Numbered from the stretch's first letter, positions 8,272 through 17,307 are shown. The stretch: 29,605 nt of DNA from a virus (IMGVR_UViG_3300017913_000053:1-29605); one strand, 5' to 3'. A program made the numbers and translations. Notes: a model not told the origin generated them from the letters alone.

Positions 8272-8716
8272 AGAGTGTCTACACTGTTCAACCCCTCTGG
8301 TTCAGGGAGATAACTGGTCAGATGGTAATGCTCGTACCAAGCAGTACACATGTCGAACATGTGACAGCATCAAGGGTAGGAAGAACAGGCTCAAGAGACT
8401 AGCCAAACAGATTGGTGCAACAGCCCTTCGTTCCTACAACGAGAAGAAGTCAGGCGAAGTGTACATCATTACTAACTCAGCATGGCCTGAGTGGGTAAAG
8501 ATTGGACAGTCAATGAGTGCTGAAGACAGACTGAACAACTACCAAACAGGTAGCCCAATGCGTGATTACAAGTTGGCCTATGCTGTGTTCTCTAAGGACA
8601 GACGCAGGGCAGAACGTGAGGCTCACAAGAGAGCAGAGCTTGTAGCAGAGCGTAATGGTGAATGGTTCAAGATGTCTGTAGGCCAAGCAAAGGAGTGCAT
8701 ACAACATGGACTTTGA
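8243..8716 (+). CDS. T5orf172/GIY-YIG-like endonuclease with N-terminal zinc finger
   Basis: CLHC...CRTC, then GEVYII...WVKIG...RL..YQTGSP..Y...E...H...GEWF. Track ORF starts at 8135 inside the polymerase; in-frame TTG at 8243 is more plausible. Confidence 0.75.
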   Translation: METTGQTHTRECLHCSTPLVQGDNWSDGNARTKQYTCRTCDSIKGRKNRLKRLAKQIGATALRSYNEKKSGEVYIITNSAWPEWVKIGQSMSAEDRLNNYQTGSPMRDYKLAYAVFSKDRRRAEREAHKRAELVAERNGEWFKMSVGQAKECIQHGL

Positions 8717-8912
8717 TTTTGTGTTTAAACTAGTGTTGACATGTTGCTTCTTTGGTGTTACTGTCTGCCTCTGTATCAAGTGGATTGTAGAATCTTACCT
8801 TGATTGGGTGCAGGTAATGACAGGCGTGAAGGTCATAACCCTAGCGCAAATGAAAGAGCAACAACGTCACGAAGATAGAGAGGAGCAAGACGATGACCCT
8901 ACTGCTTATTGA
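8706..8912 (+). CDS. small membrane protein
   Basis: AAGGAG SD; hydrophobic N-terminal helix, charged tail. Confidence 0.7.
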   Translation: MDFDFVFKLVLTCCFFGVTVCLCIKWIVESYLDWVQVMTGVKVITLAQMKEQQRHEDREEQDDDPTAY

Positions 8913-9609
8913 TGCAGACATTATTGCTTTCAAAGCATGTGCATCTGCTGAAACACCAGTAAACTGGGGAGATGGTCACTGGACACTACATTGTTATGAA
9001 GATGATGTAGCTATTCGGATTGATGACCAGATTAGTAAGCTTGAAGAAGAAGCACCTGTCCAAGATGTAGTCTTGGCTTTATCGGATACCAATGAGAACT
9101 TCCGTAAGAAGGTAGCACCTTACTATAAAGCTAATCGCAAGGATGTACGCAAGCCTATGCTTTTGCCTTGGGCTAGACAATACATGCTTGACAAATACAA
9201 CACCGTAATCTACAAAGGATTGGAGGCTGATGATGTCCTTGGGATACTTGGTAGCAACAATACTGAAACCATCATATGGTCAGAAGACAAGGACTTACTT
9301 ACAGTACCTGCTAAACACTGGATTGATGGTGAAGTCTTTGTACAAGACAAAGCTGGGGCTGACTATAACTTCTATTACCAAACACTTGTTGGTGATAGCA
9401 CAGATAACTACAAGGGCTGTCCTAAAGTTGGCTCTGTTACTGCCCATAAACTTCTTGGAGCTAACTGCTCGTGGGATACAGTTGTTGAGGCATACGCTAA
9501 ACAGGGCTTATCGGAAGCTGTAGCTATTGAACAAGCAAGGCTGGCACGTATCCTACGTGACGGTGAGTATGATACAGACACAGGAAAGGTAACACTATGG
9601 AAGACATGA
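8893..9609 (+). CDS. 5'-3' exonuclease (gp6-like)
   Basis: LLIDAD, NFRK...YKANR, LEADD, DKD, GDSTDNYKGCP..G motifs. Confidence 0.95.
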   Translation: MTLLLIDADIIAFKACASAETPVNWGDGHWTLHCYEDDVAIRIDDQISKLEEEAPVQDVVLALSDTNENFRKKVAPYYKANRKDVRKPMLLPWARQYMLDKYNTVIYKGLEADDVLGILGSNNTETIIWSEDKDLLTVPAKHWIDGEVFVQDKAGADYNFYYQTLVGDSTDNYKGCPKVGSVTAHKLLGANCSWDTVVEAYAKQGLSEAVAIEQARLARILRDGEYDTDTGKVTLWKT

Positions 9610-9869
9610 GCAAGATGGAACAACCATCAATGTTGGAAGACATGGTAAACAGCCCACCACACTACATGGGTAACATCGAAACAATTGACTACATCGTTGA
9701 TGTGCTTGGTGAGTGGGAAGCAATTAGTTACTGTCATGGTAACGTAATCAAATACACAGGCTCACGTCTGTTCAGGAAGGGTAACCCTATCCAAGATGCT
9801 GAGAAAGCTATCTGGTATCTGAACAAGATGATTGAGTTGATGAAGAAAACAAAAGGAAAGAACTGGTGA
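9597..9869 (+). CDS. DUF3310 / gp1.7-like putative nucleotide kinase
   Basis: DMVNSPPHY, IETIDYI, GNVIKY..R...KG...QD.EKA.WYL. Confidence 0.8.
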   Translation: MEDMSKMEQPSMLEDMVNSPPHYMGNIETIDYIVDVLGEWEAISYCHGNVIKYTGSRLFRKGNPIQDAEKAIWYLNKMIELMKKTKGKNW

Positions 9870-10528
9870 GGGTAGTACTAGTTGACCACATGGGCAGTGA
9901 CTTGACTGTTGTAAATGCCGCAAGAGTTTCATTCGGTAAACACACAGACGAGTTCACTGCCAAGGATGAGAAGCTTATCCAGTATCTAGCCAAGCACAAT
10001 CACTGGTCACCATTCGCACACTGCTTCATGCAGTTCCGAATCAAAGCACCAATCTTTGTGGCTAGGCAACTGGTCAAGCATCAGGTAGGACTGACATGGA
10101 ATGAGGTATCACGTAGGTACGTTGATGATGACCCTGAGTTCTACTATCCTGATGAATGGAGAGCAAAGCCTAAGAACAGTAAGCAGGGTAGTGATGGTAG
10201 GGCAGAGTCACAATACTTTCCTACCAAATATGCAGAAGACATCTGTGAACTAGCCCTTGTTAATTATCGGAAGATGATACAGCAGGGGATTGCACCAGAA
10301 CAGGCACGTATGATACTACCACAGAATACCTACACTGAGTGGTACTGGTCAGGTAGTCTCATGGCTTTCTCTCGTGTGTGTAATCAGAGGCTTGACCCAC
10401 ATACACAGGAAGAGACACAAACAATAGCAGGGTACATTTCAGAATACATCTGGTCATTGTACCCTAACAGTTATCTAGCATTGAAAGGAACAGAGGATGG
10501 ATTTCAAAGAGTATCAGAAGAGGGCTAA
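9866..10528 (+). CDS. thyX: flavin-dependent thymidylate synthase
   Basis: MGSDLTVVNAARVSF, HWSPF, PIFVARQLVKH, NEVSRRY, APEQARMILPQ; GTG start. Confidence 0.95.
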   Translation: MRVVLVDHMGSDLTVVNAARVSFGKHTDEFTAKDEKLIQYLAKHNHWSPFAHCFMQFRIKAPIFVARQLVKHQVGLTWNEVSRRYVDDDPEFYYPDEWRAKPKNSKQGSDGRAESQYFPTKYAEDICELALVNYRKMIQQGIAPEQARMILPQNTYTEWYWSGSLMAFSRVCNQRLDPHTQEETQTIAGYISEYIWSLYPNSYLALKGTEDGFQRVSEEG

Positions 10529-10817
10529 TGCTACTGCTATCTACGATATAAAGTTTAGTATTATGTATCCTACACTTGGACTAGCAGGTGAGGCAGGAGA
10601 AGTAGCCGACAAAGTAAAGAAGATTATTCGTGACAATAAACAGATTAAAGATGAGCGTGTAGAGATTGCCAAGGAACTTGGTGACGTACTGTGGTATCTG
10701 GCGGCTGTGGCACGAGACATTGGGGTAACGCTTGAAGATGTAGCAATGATGAACATCGAGAAGCTTGAAAGTAGGAAAGAACGAGGAACATTACAAGGGA
10801 ACGGTGACAACAGATGA
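10497..10817 (+). CDS. mazG: MazG-like nucleotide pyrophosphohydrolase
   Basis: LGLAGEAGEVADKVKK, KELGDVLWY, NIEKL..R. Confidence 0.9.
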   Translation: MDFKEYQKRANATAIYDIKFSIMYPTLGLAGEAGEVADKVKKIIRDNKQIKDERVEIAKELGDVLWYLAAVARDIGVTLEDVAMMNIEKLESRKERGTLQGNGDNR

Positions 10818-12718
10818 ATAACTATCTACCAACAGATTACCAGACCTTCATTGCTACCAGCCGATATGCACGATGGCTAGACGATGAGGGTAGGCGTGAG
10901 ACATGGCCTGAGACTGTGGCACGTTATATTAACTTTATGGGTAGTAAAGTAAAACTACCTAACAAGACATGGGATGAGCTAGAGGTTGCCATTCTAAACC
11001 TAGACATCATGCCATCCATGAGAGCATTGATGACAGCAGGTGAAGCGGCTGACAGGGACAACACCTGTATCTACAACTGCTCGTACCTACCAGTAGACCA
11101 CATCCGTGCCTTTGATGAGGCTATGTTTATCTTGCTGTGTGGTACAGGAGTAGGCTTCTCTGTTGAGCGTCAGTTCATCAGCAAGCTACCTGAGATTCCA
11201 GAAGCACTGGACTACAGTGATGACGTGATTGTTGTGAAGGACAGCAAGGAAGGCTGGGCTAAATCGCTTCACAAGCTGATGTCACACCTGTACTCAGGGG
11301 ACATTCCTAAGTGGGATACATCAGGTGTACGCCCAGCAGGTTCACGATTGAAGACATTCGGTGGTCGTGCCTCAGGTGCAGAACCTCTTGAAGACTTGTT
11401 CAAGTTTGTCGTAGCCAAGTTCAAGGGTGCGGCAGGTCGTAAGTTAAACAGCCTTGAGTGCCATGACATCATGTGTAAGATTGGTGAGGTTGTGGTAGTT
11501 GGTGGTGTACGTAGGTCAGCAATGATTAGCTTGTCTAATCTGAGTGACGGACGTATGGCACACGCTAAGTCAGGCTCATGGTGGGAGAACGAGGGTCAAC
11601 GTGCGTTGGCTAATAACTCTGCGGCCTACACTGAGAAGCCAGACATGGAAACATTCATGCGTGAGTGGTTGGCTCTGGTTGAATCTAAGTCAGGTGAACG
11701 TGGCATCTTCAGTCGTGTTGCGGCAGATATGCACGTAGCAAAGAACGGCAGACGTGAGACAGGACATGAGTGGGGTACTAACCCATGCTCTGAAATTATC
11801 CTACGTCCATACCAGTTTTGTAACTTGACTGAGGTAGTTGTACGTGCTACGGATGACATACAGACATTGAAAAACAAGGTACGTCTTGCTACTATCCTTG
11901 GTACTATTCAGTCTACCTTTACTAAGATGCCATACCTACGTAAGATTTGGCAGACAAATACAGAGGAAGAACGACTACTTGGTGTATCACTGACAGGTAT
12001 CATGGACAACAACCTACTGTCTAAAACCATAGACAGCCCACGCTGGCTGGCAGAGATGAAGGAAGAAGCCATCAAGACTAACGCTAAGTATGCTGAGAAG
12101 TTTGGCATCCAAGCGTCAGCGGCTATTACCTGTGTCAAGCCATCTGGTACAGTGTCACAGCTAGTAGATAGTGCATCAGGTATTCATGCACGTCACAGTG
12201 AGTACTACATCCGTACTGTTCGTGGTGATAACAAAGACCCACTAACACAGTTCATGAAGGACAGTGGTATCCCTGCTGAACCATGCGTCATGAAGCCAGA
12301 CAGTACTACAGTCTTCAGCTTCCCTATGCGTTCACCGATGGGTGCTACTACTCGTAATGACATGACTGCACTGGAACAGCTTGACCTGTGGAAGACCTAC
12401 GCTCTGGCGTGGTGTGAACACAAACCATCTGTAACCATCACAGTACGTGATGCAGAGTGGATGGAAGTGGGAGCATGGGTATACGAGAACTTTGACATCT
12501 GCTCTGGTATCTCGTTCCTACCACACAGTGACCACACCTATGCACAAGCACCGTATCAAGACATCACAAAGGAAGAGTATGACGAACTGTATGAAAAGAT
12601 GCCAAAGGCGATTGATTGGTCGGCTCTGTCTCTATATGAGAAAGAAGACTCTACCAGTGGGTCACAAACTCTAGCCTGTAGTGCTGGAGCGTGTGAGATT
12701 GTAGACATCAACCAGTAA
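10814..12718 (+). CDS. nrdJ: class II (B12-dependent) ribonucleotide reductase
   Basis: YNC, GGVRRSA, TNPCSEI, TCVKPSGT, C-terminal CSAGAC; no beta-subunit gene adjacent. Confidence 0.9.
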   Translation: MNNYLPTDYQTFIATSRYARWLDDEGRRETWPETVARYINFMGSKVKLPNKTWDELEVAILNLDIMPSMRALMTAGEAADRDNTCIYNCSYLPVDHIRAFDEAMFILLCGTGVGFSVERQFISKLPEIPEALDYSDDVIVVKDSKEGWAKSLHKLMSHLYSGDIPKWDTSGVRPAGSRLKTFGGRASGAEPLEDLFKFVVAKFKGAAGRKLNSLECHDIMCKIGEVVVVGGVRRSAMISLSNLSDGRMAHAKSGSWWENEGQRALANNSAAYTEKPDMETFMREWLALVESKSGERGIFSRVAADMHVAKNGRRETGHEWGTNPCSEIILRPYQFCNLTEVVVRATDDIQTLKNKVRLATILGTIQSTFTKMPYLRKIWQTNTEEERLLGVSLTGIMDNNLLSKTIDSPRWLAEMKEEAIKTNAKYAEKFGIQASAAITCVKPSGTVSQLVDSASGIHARHSEYYIRTVRGDNKDPLTQFMKDSGIPAEPCVMKPDSTTVFSFPMRSPMGATTRNDMTALEQLDLWKTYALAWCEHKPSVTITVRDAEWMEVGAWVYENFDICSGISFLPHSDHTYAQAPYQDITKEEYDELYEKMPKAIDWSALSLYEKEDSTSGSQTLACSAGACEIVDINQ

Positions 12719-12723
12719 GAGAT

Positions 12724-12746
12724 GGGGGTGAAAGCCCCCTCTTTTT
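12724..12746 (+). terminator. intrinsic terminator after the RNR gene
   Basis: GGGGGT-GAAA-GCCCCC stem-loop followed by TCTTTTT. Confidence 0.85.
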
Positions 12747-12768
12747 CTAAAGTTACATTATTGGCTAA
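12744..12768 (+). promoter_or_regulatory. putative phage RNAP promoter for structural genes
   Basis: TTTCTAAAGTTACATTATTGGCTAA, 24/25 identical to 3676-3700, directly ahead of the virion gene block. Confidence 0.8.
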
Positions 12769-12782
12769 TAAGGTTTTGAAAA

Positions 12783-12959
12783 ATGCAAGTATTTGGTTAC
12801 AGTTATACTATAACTGATGCTCTAATAAGTAAACTAGAAGAGCTATATCCAGATAAGATACCTACTGAACGAGTGAGTGCAGAAGATGTAGCTTATCTAC
12901 AAGGGCAACAATCTGTAATCTCTAAGATTAAAGATTTACAAACAGAAGAGAAGGAATAA
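12783..12959 (+). CDS. 58-aa gp6.5-like protein (not in ORF track)
   Basis: MQVFGYSYTITDALISKLEELYPDKIPTERVSAEDVAYLQGQQSVISKIKDLQTEEKE*. L..L...YP and GQ.SV pattern typical of this position; TAAGG SD. Confidence 0.75.
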   Translation: MQVFGYSYTITDALISKLEELYPDKIPTERVSAEDVAYLQGQQSVISKIKDLQTEEKE

Positions 12960-12962
12960 GTT

Positions 12963-13202
12963 ATGGGCGGTCTATTGAGTTCTCCTAAAGCTCCTACCCC
13001 ACCACCTGCTCCTGCAAAGCCAGTTACTGCTGTAGCTAAAACTCCTACATTGGAGCTTGAGGATACAGAACTGGAAACAGCAAGCGATAAGCTTGGCAAG
13101 GGCAAGAAGGGCAAGAAAGCTTTGAAAGCTGGTATGCAAGACCCTGCTACACAGACAGGTGCTGAAGGTGGCGCAATGTCTGGTGTACAGATTCAGAATT
13201 AG
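12963..13202 (+). CDS. small virion assembly protein (gp6.7/gp7.3-like)
   Basis: MGG..SPK.P Pro-rich start, KKGKKALK, immediately before the portal gene. Confidence 0.7.
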   Translation: MGGLLSSPKAPTPPPAPAKPVTAVAKTPTLELEDTELETASDKLGKGKKGKKALKAGMQDPATQTGAEGGAMSGVQIQN

Positions 13203-13211
13203 AGGTAAGTC

Positions 13212-14747
13212 ATGCACGATGAGGGAATGGTAGCAAAACGCTACAGCCAGTTGGAAGGTGAACGTGACACTTTCCTAGAGCGTGGGCGAGAAGCGGCAAG
13301 GCTTACTATCCCCACGTTGTTACCAGATGAAGGACACAGTTCTTCTACTATCTACTCAACACCCTATCAGGGTATTGGTGCTAGAGGTGTAAACAACCTA
13401 GCTTCAAAGCTACTGCTTGCACTACTACCACCTAACAGTCCATTCTTCCGACTGACGATTGACGACTTTGACTTGCAAGAGATTGCAGGTGATGCTCGTG
13501 GTCAGGTTGAAGAAGGGCTTGCACGTATTGAACGTGCGGCAATGCAAGAGATTGAAGGACGTGCTATTCGTGTGCCTTCATTTGAAGCTCTAAAGCTTCT
13601 TATCGTTACAGGTAATGCACTAGTATATATGCCCAAGAAGGGTGGCATGAAAGTGTACCGTCCTGACCGTTACTGCGTAAAGCGTGACGCTATGGGTAAC
13701 GTACTAGAAATCATTACAAAGGAATCAGTAGCACCAGTAATGTTGCCTGAAGATGTTCAGGCTATGCTACCACCATCTGACAATCCTAAGAAAAACCTTG
13801 ACCTCTACACATGTGTTATGAGAGAAGGTTCAGGATGGACGACAAAGCAAGAAGTAGCAGGTATGGAAATTCCATCTGCTAAAGGTAAGTATAAGGCTGA
13901 CCAGAACCCATTCATCCCACTACGGTTTATCCGTATTGATGGTGAAGATTATGGTCGTGGCTTTATCGAAGAATACATTGGTGACCTACGAAGCCTAGAG
14001 TCTCTAACTCGTGCTATCGTACAAGGCAGTGCGGCATCAGCCAAGCTACTGTTCTTGGTACGTCCAAACGGTACAACCAAAGCTAATCAACTAGCAAAAG
14101 CCGCTAACGGTACATTCGTTACAGGTGATGCTAATGATGTATCTGCGCTACAGGTACAGAAAGCTGGTGACTTCCGTGTAGCACTTGAGACTATGCGAAT
14201 GATTAATGACAGACTTGCTTCTGCATTCCTACTTAACAGTAGTGTACAGCGTTCTGCGGAACGTGTAACAGCCGAAGAAGTACGCTTCATGGCACAGGAA
14301 CTAGAGACTGCCCTTGGTGGTGTGTACTCTATCTTGTCACAAGAGTTCCAGATGCCTATGATTAATCTTCTTCTTGAAATCCTACAGCGTGAAGGTAAGA
14401 TGCCTAAGATGCCTAAGGATACTGTGAAGCCTACTGTAGTCACAGGTATTGAAGCACTTGGTCGTGGTCAAGACCTTAACAAACTTGCAACATTCTTGCA
14501 GTATCTTCAGCCACTGGGGGCAGAGGTTATTGCAAACGAAATGAACCTAGGTGATTATATTGACAGGCTTGCGGCCTCACTGGGTATTGATACATCTGGT
14601 CTGATTAAATCAGAAGAGCAGAAGATGCAAGAACAGATGGCACAACAGCAAGCAATGCAACAACAAATGCTTGAGCAGACTGTAAGTGGTATGGCGCAAC
14701 GTGCCGCCCCACAGCTTGCACAAGGAGCAATAGAACAGGAACAATAA
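13212..14747 (+). CDS. portal / head-tail connector (gp8-like)
   Basis: PYQGIGARGVNNLASKL, GEDYGRG, ERVTAEEVR, LGGVYS, ALGRGQD. Confidence 0.97.
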   Translation: MHDEGMVAKRYSQLEGERDTFLERGREAARLTIPTLLPDEGHSSSTIYSTPYQGIGARGVNNLASKLLLALLPPNSPFFRLTIDDFDLQEIAGDARGQVEEGLARIERAAMQEIEGRAIRVPSFEALKLLIVTGNALVYMPKKGGMKVYRPDRYCVKRDAMGNVLEIITKESVAPVMLPEDVQAMLPPSDNPKKNLDLYTCVMREGSGWTTKQEVAGMEIPSAKGKYKADQNPFIPLRFIRIDGEDYGRGFIEEYIGDLRSLESLTRAIVQGSAASAKLLFLVRPNGTTKANQLAKAANGTFVTGDANDVSALQVQKAGDFRVALETMRMINDRLASAFLLNSSVQRSAERVTAEEVRFMAQELETALGGVYSILSQEFQMPMINLLLEILQREGKMPKMPKDTVKPTVVTGIEALGRGQDLNKLATFLQYLQPLGAEVIANEMNLGDYIDRLAASLGIDTSGLIKSEEQKMQEQMAQQQAMQQQMLEQTVSGMAQRAAPQLAQGAIEQEQ

Positions 14748-15527
14748 ATGTCAACAGAAACGGTTAATACTTATCAAGAACCTGCGCCTGAGTCACAAGA
14801 GCATGTAGATGCTATGGTGGCTAAAGCAGACCAAGCAGTACAGGGTGGAGATGATTCTCGCCCTGAATGGCTTCCTGATAAATTTAAATCTCCTGAGGAG
14901 ATGGCTAAAGCTTACTCTGCCCTAGAAACAAAGCTAGGTCAGGGTTCAGAGACAGGGGCTTCACAGGAAGAACAGACAGAAGCACTGGAAGAAGCTGTAA
15001 CACAGAATGCTAGTGAAGTCTCTGAACTACTAGATAGTCGTGGACTAGACTTTGATGTATTCCAACAGGAGTACCTTGAAACTGGTGGACTATCAGATGA
15101 CGCATACCAAGCTCTTGAAGAGTCTGGTCTGCCACGAAGTATGGTTGATACATGGATTGATGGGCAGAATGCTCTAGCTGGGCAACTGACATCAGACATT
15201 TACAATATGGCAGGTGGTGAAGAAACCTATACTGATATGATGCAGTGGGCTTCTAACAATCTACCTGAATCTGAAATTGACGCATACAACGCAACATTGG
15301 ACAGAATGAACTCAGATGAAATTCGTCTGGCTGTCCAAGGTCTGACCGCACGGTATCGTTCTGAGGCCGAGCCTAACTTAGTACAAGGTACTACAGGGGC
15401 AGTCTCTGGTGGGAAGTTCAATAGCAATGCAGAGCTTACTGAAGCTATGCGTGACCCCAGATACGCTAAAGACCCTGCCTACAGGCAACAGATAGCTGAT
15501 AAGCTTTCTCGTTCTAGCCTGTTCTAA
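14748..15527 (+). CDS. capsid scaffolding protein (gp9-like)
   Basis: RPEWLPDKFKS.E...KAY..LE, GGEE.Y..M..WA, AMRDPRY..DPAYR. Confidence 0.93.
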   Translation: MSTETVNTYQEPAPESQEHVDAMVAKADQAVQGGDDSRPEWLPDKFKSPEEMAKAYSALETKLGQGSETGASQEEQTEALEEAVTQNASEVSELLDSRGLDFDVFQQEYLETGGLSDDAYQALEESGLPRSMVDTWIDGQNALAGQLTSDIYNMAGGEETYTDMMQWASNNLPESEIDAYNATLDRMNSDEIRLAVQGLTARYRSEAEPNLVQGTTGAVSGGKFNSNAELTEAMRDPRYAKDPAYRQQIADKLSRSSLF

Positions 15528-15541
15528 CAGTTGTTGCGATT

Positions 15542-15695
15542 GGGGAGAGGGATGTCTCCTTTCCGTCCCTCTCTCCTTCTAAGTACATCTACGTGGTGTA
15601 TTTAGAAGGGGAAACCCTATCTCAAGATTACTAACAACAAGTACTTATGACCCCTTGCGAGGGACAATCTTAGAGAAAGTAATAGTAAGGTTGAG
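15542..15695 (+). promoter_or_regulatory. structured RNA leader upstream of the major capsid gene
   Basis: 13-bp and 15-bp hairpins containing G-U pairs, a GAAA-loop hairpin and a branched domain. Confidence 0.6.
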
Positions 15696-15730
15696 GCACT
15701 AACTTAAACTTAAAAACATGAGGTGATAAA

Positions 15731-16840
15731 ATGGCAATGCAAGGTGCATCCAATCCAGCCTATGACGTATCTCGTCTAGGTCAAGACAACCTCTCAGGTG
15801 ACGTTCGTGACCTTTTCCTAAAGCTGTATGCTGGGGAAGTCCTTACTGCATTTGAGGCAAAAAACATTATGACTCCTTTGGTACGTTCACGTACAATTAC
15901 AAAGGGTAAGTCAGCATCATTCCCAATGACAGGCCGTGCGTCTGCTGAGTACCTGACCCCTGGAAACGAAATCACTGGCGGCAAAATCCGTGCTGGTGAG
16001 CGTATCGTGACCATTGATGACTTGCTGATTTCAGCACAGTTCATTCCGTCAATTGATGAAGCCATCAACCACTACGATGTGCGTTCTATCTACTCGAAAG
16101 AAGCAGGTATCGCGCTGGCTAAAGAAGCTGATAAGAACATCCTACGTCAAGCACTGAAGGCGGCTCTGTCAACAAACGCCACTCGTGCTGGTGCGCTTAT
16201 CCAGAACTACTCTACTTTCGGTGAAGAAGATTTCACTGATAACATTACTATCGGTACTGCGGCGGCTGACGCTACAGACCCAGCGAAGATTGCTAAAGCT
16301 ATCTTTGACGCTAAGAAAGAAATGGATGAGAACAATGTACCATCTGACGGTGCATTCGTTGTTCTGCCACCTGCTCAGTACTACGCCCTTATGGACGTAA
16401 CTGACGGTTCTAAGTTGACATTCATGAACCGTGATTACGGTGGGAACGGCTCTGTAGCTTCTGCTACTGTTCCAAACATCGCAGGTATGCCTGTGTACAT
16501 GTCTAACCATCTGGTAGTTGCAGACCTGATTGAAACATCAGGCGCATCTAAGGGTCAGTCAAAGGGCAACCGCCCACTGGCTAACACTGCTGGTTCAGGC
16601 CGTACAACTGCATACGACATCACTAACACAACAACAGACGGTGTAAACCTTGTTGACCTTGCCGCGAAAGTACGTGGTCTGGTTATGACAGAAGACGCTG
16701 TTGCTACTGTTAAGCTGATGGACTTGGGCGTTGAATCTGAGTACCAAATCAATCGTCAGGGTACACTGATGGTTGCTAAGTACGCAATGGGTCACAACGT
16801 ACTGCGTCCTGCATGTGCAATTGCTCTGTCAACTGCATAA
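15731..16840 (+). CDS. major capsid protein (gp10-like)
   Basis: LFLKLYAGEVLTAF, RTI..GKSASFP..GR, IDD.L, YDVRS.YS, YAMGH..LRP; strong GAGGTGA SD. Confidence 0.97.
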   Translation: MAMQGASNPAYDVSRLGQDNLSGDVRDLFLKLYAGEVLTAFEAKNIMTPLVRSRTITKGKSASFPMTGRASAEYLTPGNEITGGKIRAGERIVTIDDLLISAQFIPSIDEAINHYDVRSIYSKEAGIALAKEADKNILRQALKAALSTNATRAGALIQNYSTFGEEDFTDNITIGTAAADATDPAKIAKAIFDAKKEMDENNVPSDGAFVVLPPAQYYALMDVTDGSKLTFMNRDYGGNGSVASATVPNIAGMPVYMSNHLVVADLIETSGASKGQSKGNRPLANTAGSGRTTAYDITNTTTDGVNLVDLAAKVRGLVMTEDAVATVKLMDLGVESEYQINRQGTLMVAKYAMGHNVLRPACAIALSTA

Positions 16841-16850
16841 TTAATCAGGA

Positions 16851-16877
16851 GGGGGGAGCTTCGGCTCTCCCTTTTTT
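16851..16877 (+). terminator. T-phi-like terminator after the capsid gene
   Basis: GGGGGAGC-TTCG-GCTCTCCC followed by TTTTTT. Confidence 0.9.
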
Positions 16878-16879
16878 CC

Positions 16880-17074
16880 ATGAAACAGACAAAGATTCCA
16901 AAGAAGTCTCGTGTAAACGAGGCAGGTAACTATACCAAACCTACTATGCGTAAGCGAATGTTTAACAGTATTAAAGCTGGCACAAAAGGCGGTAAGGCTG
17001 GTCAGTGGAGTGCGAGAAAAGCGCAGTTGCTTGCGTCACGTTATAAGAAGGCTGGTGGGGGATATACCTCATGA
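16880..17074 (+). CDS. small basic protein (DUF5872-like, N-terminal half)
   Basis: YTKP..R, KGGKAGQWSARKAQLLA..YK..GGGY; 17 K/R and 1 acidic residue in 64 aa. Confidence 0.75.
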   Translation: MKQTKIPKKSRVNEAGNYTKPTMRKRMFNSIKAGTKGGKAGQWSARKAQLLASRYKKAGGGYTS

Positions 17075-17307
17075 AGAAGCCTCAACAAAGTTTAAAGAAT
17101 TGGACAAAACAAAAATGGCGCACCAAGTCTGGTAAGAAGTCTGCCGACACAGGTGAGCGTTATCTCCCTGAAGCGGCAATCAAATCCTTGTCAGCCTCAG
17201 AGTATGCCGCCACAACTAAAGCCAAGCGTGAAGGTACACGTAAGGGTAAACAGTTTGTCCGTCAACCAACAAAGATTGCTAAGAAAACTGCAAAGTATAG
17301 GAAGTAA
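17071..17307 (+). CDS. small basic protein (DUF5872-like, C-terminal half)
   Basis: Q.SLK.WT.QKW.TKSG, GERYLP..A...LS..E, GKQFV; ATGA overlap. Confidence 0.75.
   Translation: MKKPQQSLKNWTKQKWRTKSGKKSADTGERYLPEAAIKSLSASEYAATTKAKREGTRKGKQFVRQPTKIAKKTAKYRK

Noticed and set aside
10497-10817. MazG as part of a 2-aminoadenine (Z-DNA) pathway
   Set aside because: No PurZ or DatZ-like gene in the window, and restriction-site avoidance suggests unmodified DNA.
15577-15594. TTCTAAGTACATC resembles the phage promoter
   Set aside because: Needs two deletions to align and is fully explained as a hairpin arm.
16780-16880. gp10B-type capsid frameshift extension
   Set aside because: No slippery site seen near the capsid end; a terminator follows the stop directly.
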